Shown piece after piece: positions 60,240 through 64,000 of a stretch of DNA of 64,000 nucleotides. Made by a program: the position numbers and the translations under genes. The notes under the pieces are model-generated. The model had not been told where the DNA came from. It saw nothing but the letters and a program-made list of their open reading frames with translations, and did no database searches. This stretch comes from the human T2T-CHM13v2.0 reference genome, Homo sapiens: assembly GCF_009914755.1 (NCBI RefSeq), contig NC_060931.1; one strand, written 5' to 3'. The first letter of the stretch is position 1, and each line of letters opens with the position of its first letter.

Positions 60240-62772
60240 GTGATCTGTGGAAACCTAAGTGAAAACATGTCACTCCTCTGCTCAAAACCTCTGGTGGTTT
60301 TCTGCTACATTCAGCCAAGTTCTTACAGTAGCCAACAAGGTCCTGTACACACTGGGCCTCTGGTTCTCTGTCTGACCTTATTACCTGCCATCTCTTGCTG
60401 GCTTATTCTGGTTTAGCCACCCCAGGCACTGGGGTGTGCACTGGACCTGTGCACTGGCTTGTCCCCAGTGCTGTTCCTACAAATATTGCAGTGGCCCTCT
60501 CCCTTCCTGTGATCAACAGTCTATTCAAACATTGCATCCTCCACAAGGCCTACTCTGTCCAACCCCACTAAAATGTAACACTACTTCACTCTACCACTTC
60601 CAACTGATGGTGGTGGCAGACCGTCTGGAGCAGTTGCTGCCATTATACCAGCTGCAGCAGGGAGGTATGGACAGTGGCAGCAGGAGCAGCTCTGGGAGCA
60701 GCAGTGGTGGCAGTGGGACCCCTGTGCCCTGCATCCCCAAGGCAGCCAACTGCACCACCTCCACCCTCGCACAGCCAGGCAGGACCCGCTCCCAGGCCCA
60801 GAGCCTCCACTGTGGCCTTAACCTCACTCCTTGCTGTGTCTTGGGAACCTGTGATTACCCAGCTGAAGACACAGCCAGGAAAACGTGGAGGGGAGGTGGA
60901 AAGGCCCTGGAGCCCACCCGAGAGACCCCACCAGAGCCTGCCACCCTGGGAGCTGCTGCAATGGGGCCAGGCCGAGTCACCCACTGGTGGAGGAGCAGTG
61001 TGGTTGGGCACGGAGTGGGGGGCAGAGAGGAGTCCCAAGGCAGAGCTGGGACTGAGGTGGTGCCATGCTCCACGGAGATAGCAGGAGCTCCCCAGGCACA
61101 ACTACAGCTGCCCAAGCCATGGCTGCAACCTGGGCACCCCTGTGCTCTTGGGATCTGGGAGCAGGCAGGAGCCCCATCCTCCTAGGCACAGCTGCAGCTG
61201 CCCAAACTGCTGCTGTGGGCCCAGGCATCTCCCTGCACTCTCGGGGACCCAGGAAGGCCCCTCTTATGCCTGCAGGCTCAGAAGTGCCTCCTCCTACTGT
61301 CTGGCTTCTCCCTGCTGTCAGCACCCACTCCAATAACAGAGTAAAGTTGATCCCAAGCCTGGGCGCTGTCACAACCTGGCTGGGGGTACACACACTTGAG
61401 GCAATGCTGGTATGCCAGCCCCCTGCCACCTTGGCCCCCTCCAGACTTTGGGCGCCAAGAAGCATGGGAGAGAGGCTAAAGGGGAGCTGAAGGCAGCTCG
61501 GCACTGGCCTGCAGGTGCCCCTTGGCATGAACAACCTCAGCTCCATGAACAGCGGCAGGAGGCACACAGGTTCCTGGGCAGAGGGGGGCAGGTCCCCAAT
61601 GAAGCCCCACCTTCAAGCTGGAAAGGGCCTAAAGGCTGAGGGCTGGGGTGCCAGTCCCATGGACCAGAGTGAAAACTTGTGGTACCTTTTCTGGGCCTGC
61701 CCGTGGCTGCCCATGAACCAATCAGCAAGCACTTCCTCCCCTCTAAGGCCCATGAAATCCCTAAACTCAGCCAGACTTGAAGAGACAACAGGACGACCAG
61801 CTGCAGAGAGGAGCTATCTTCTCTGCTGAGAGCTGGACACTTGTTGGGGCACCCTTGCTATGGACAGGAGCTGCCCACTGCAGGTCTTCTCTAAGGTGTT
61901 CTATTGCTCAGTAAATCTCCCCTTTGTCTTGCATACCCTCCAGTTGTCTGTGTACCTCATTCTTCCTGGATGTAGGACAAGAACTCGAGACCTGCTGAAT
62001 GGCGGGGCTAAAAGAGCCATAACACAAACAGGGCTGAAAACACACCCCTTGCCTGCCACGTTGTGGGTGACAAGAAGGAGAGAAGAGAGAAGGGGAGAAG
62101 AGAGGAGAGAAGAGCTGAGGCCCTTTGGGGAACCCAGACCTAGGAGCTCCCCAAGCCAGGGCTGTGACACCCTCCTTAGGGTTCTGTGGTTCCTGGCATC
62201 TTCAAGCTTCTAGGCACCACACTGCATTCCCCAGTGTCAGTCGTGGAAGCTGCTTTTGATACACCTGGCCCAGCCACAGCCTCACAGGAAGCTGGTGCCC
62301 ATGCCAATCCCTGGAACTGCCTGTCCTGCCACAGCCGGCTGGACCCCACACTTGCTCACACACCCCTCAGTGCTCTGTGCCTGGCTCACTCTTGACAGGC
62401 ATGGGATCCAAGCTGGTAGCAGGAGCTGAGCACAGCCTTCCAGGCTGAGTGGGCAGAACCAGCCCAGCAGGCCAGAGCAAAACTCAGGCAAAGGTGCCAC
62501 TGGCCACAGAGGTTTCCAGCTGGTGAAGCAATACCCCAAAGATCCCGCAACACGATCTCCAAGCTTCATTTTTTTCACAAAGCACTTATCAACTTAGGTC
62601 ATAATATATAGTTTACTCATTGTATGTATTATTTATTTAATCTTTCCCTACTACAATAAGAGCAGAGAATTTTGTCTATTTTCTTCATGGCTGTTCCCCT
62701 CGAACTTAGCACGGAGTCTGGCACATAGTAGATGCTCAGCAAATGTTTGCTGAGTGGAAGAATGAGTAAATA
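60240..62772 (+). mobile_element. L2 3' region interrupted by MER52
   Basis: CATGTCACTCCTCTGCTCAAAACC before MER52; TCTGGCACATAGTAGATGCTCAGCAAATGTTTG after it. Confidence 0.7.
60605..62552 (+). mobile_element. MER52 (A/D-type) ERV1 long solo LTR, ~1.95 kb
   Basis: TGATGG...CCGTCTGGAGC...GCTGCC 5' end; GGTTTCCAGCTGGTGAAGC...GATCCCGCAACA 3' end; degenerate TSD CAAC/CGAT. Confidence 0.88.
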
Positions 62773-63649
62773 AAAACTCTAATATTTTCTCATAAATACA
62801 ATATTTTCATTTTGTCAGTGAATCCAAATGGCATGTAATTGGTCACCAGTTATAAATTTGAGGAAGGCAAGTTGATAATATTTTGTTTCGTATTTTACTT
62901 TTTGTTCATTTGAAAATGTCAGTTTCTGTTTATTGGACATCATGGCTAAGAATATTTCTTTGCATGAGTACTAGTTAAGGTAACAGAATTTCCATGACAG
63001 AAGCATGCTTTGGCCGATTTAAGCAGAAAAATAATTTATCGAAAAGATATTGGATAGATATTATGGAGCTTGAGAATCAAGTTCAGAAAGTTCTCAAAAT
63101 CAAAGGGAGCCATGGTCAAAACCATGTCACAGAACTACTTTCCACAAACACTGTTTGTGGAAAAACAATCAACAATAGAAGCAGTGGCTCGTACTGCTGG
63201 TGTCACCAGCACCAGCCACTGGACACATCCGCTGTCACCACTACCACCATTTCCACTGCTATGGAAAGCAATATTTTTTCTCTACATCTCTACCATCACC
63301 AGAATTAACTTTCAACTGTCTCCGCTTCTTTGCATGAATAGCTCTTGATTAGAAGTTCAGAGTGGGTGCATCAAGGTCATGAATCCATGCCCTCCCTGCC
63401 AGAAGTCTGGAAAAGCAAATATCTTGTTTAATGGGGTGTAGTTTCTGATTGCCACCAAGACTCATTAGATAAGAAATTCCTTGAATTGTGGGGAGGAGTT
63501 TTAGATGCTACACAGCCAAAAAGTTATAACTGTGTCCCATATTTTATTAATGTTTAGAAAGATAAAAATAAAAGGAAACGTACTTATATCTGCATTAATG
63601 ATTCCTGTTAGAGTACCAGAAAAGGATAGTTATTAAATTAACAGATGTT

Positions 63650-63948
63650 TTCAGGTGAGGTGGCTCATGCCTGTAATCCCAGCACTTTGGGAGGCCATGA
63701 TTAGAGGGTTGCTTGAGTCCAGGAGTTTAAGACCAGTCTGAGAAACATAGTCAGACCACATCTCTATGAAAATTTTTTAAATTAGTCATGTATGGTGGTG
63801 TGTGCCTGTAGTCCCAGCTACTTGGGATGCTGAGGTGGGAGGATGCTTGAGCCTGGGAGGGTGAGGCTGCAGTGACTGTGATCGCACCACTGCACTCCAA
63901 CCTGGGCAACAGAGTGAGACCCTATCTCAAAAAAATAAAATAAAAAAA
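63650..63948 (+). mobile_element. AluJ
   Basis: Diverged dimer with TTGCTTGAGTCCAGGAG and GAGGCTGCAGTGA. Confidence 0.9.
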
Positions 63949-64000
63949 GGTGTAGAACTGAGAACTGAAGTATAGCAATGGTTCTATCACTAACCAGCTA

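Noticed and set aside
60436-62578. Cluster of long ORFs (up to 249 aa) on both strands
   Set aside because: They lie in the GC-rich, stop-poor MER52 LTR, with no domain resemblance or exon structure.

Overview
Primate, almost certainly human, genomic DNA dominated by interspersed repeats: about 20 Alus, L1/L2/MIR remnants, many ERV/MaLR LTRs and hAT/Tigger DNA-transposon fragments. The one protein-coding gene I can support is the 5' part of LRRC72 on the + strand. It has a CpG-rich promoter at about 40.2-40.9 kb and three coding exons (40659-40748, 46203-46276, 51333-51402). These splice in frame to [78 protein letters not shown]; the rest of the gene lies beyond the window. From memory (to be verified) this is chr7p21, with SOSTDC1 on the - strand to the left of the window. 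The most interesting signals cluster at the LRRC72 5' end. (1) Exon 1 carries a second reading frame that is a 35-aa overlapping uORF with the normal exon 2 acceptor, but joins the LRRC72 frame if the CAG 4 nt downstream is used. (2) An unexplained ~120-bp, ~85%-identical inverted repeat at the start of intron 1 covers or loops out cryptic splice sites. (3) An antisense MLT2 LTR with an intact splice donor points back toward SOSTDC1. Repeat subfamily names are from visual recognition of consensus sequences and need RepeatMasker/Dfam confirmation. No RNA genes, CRISPR arrays or prokaryotic-type systems are evident.
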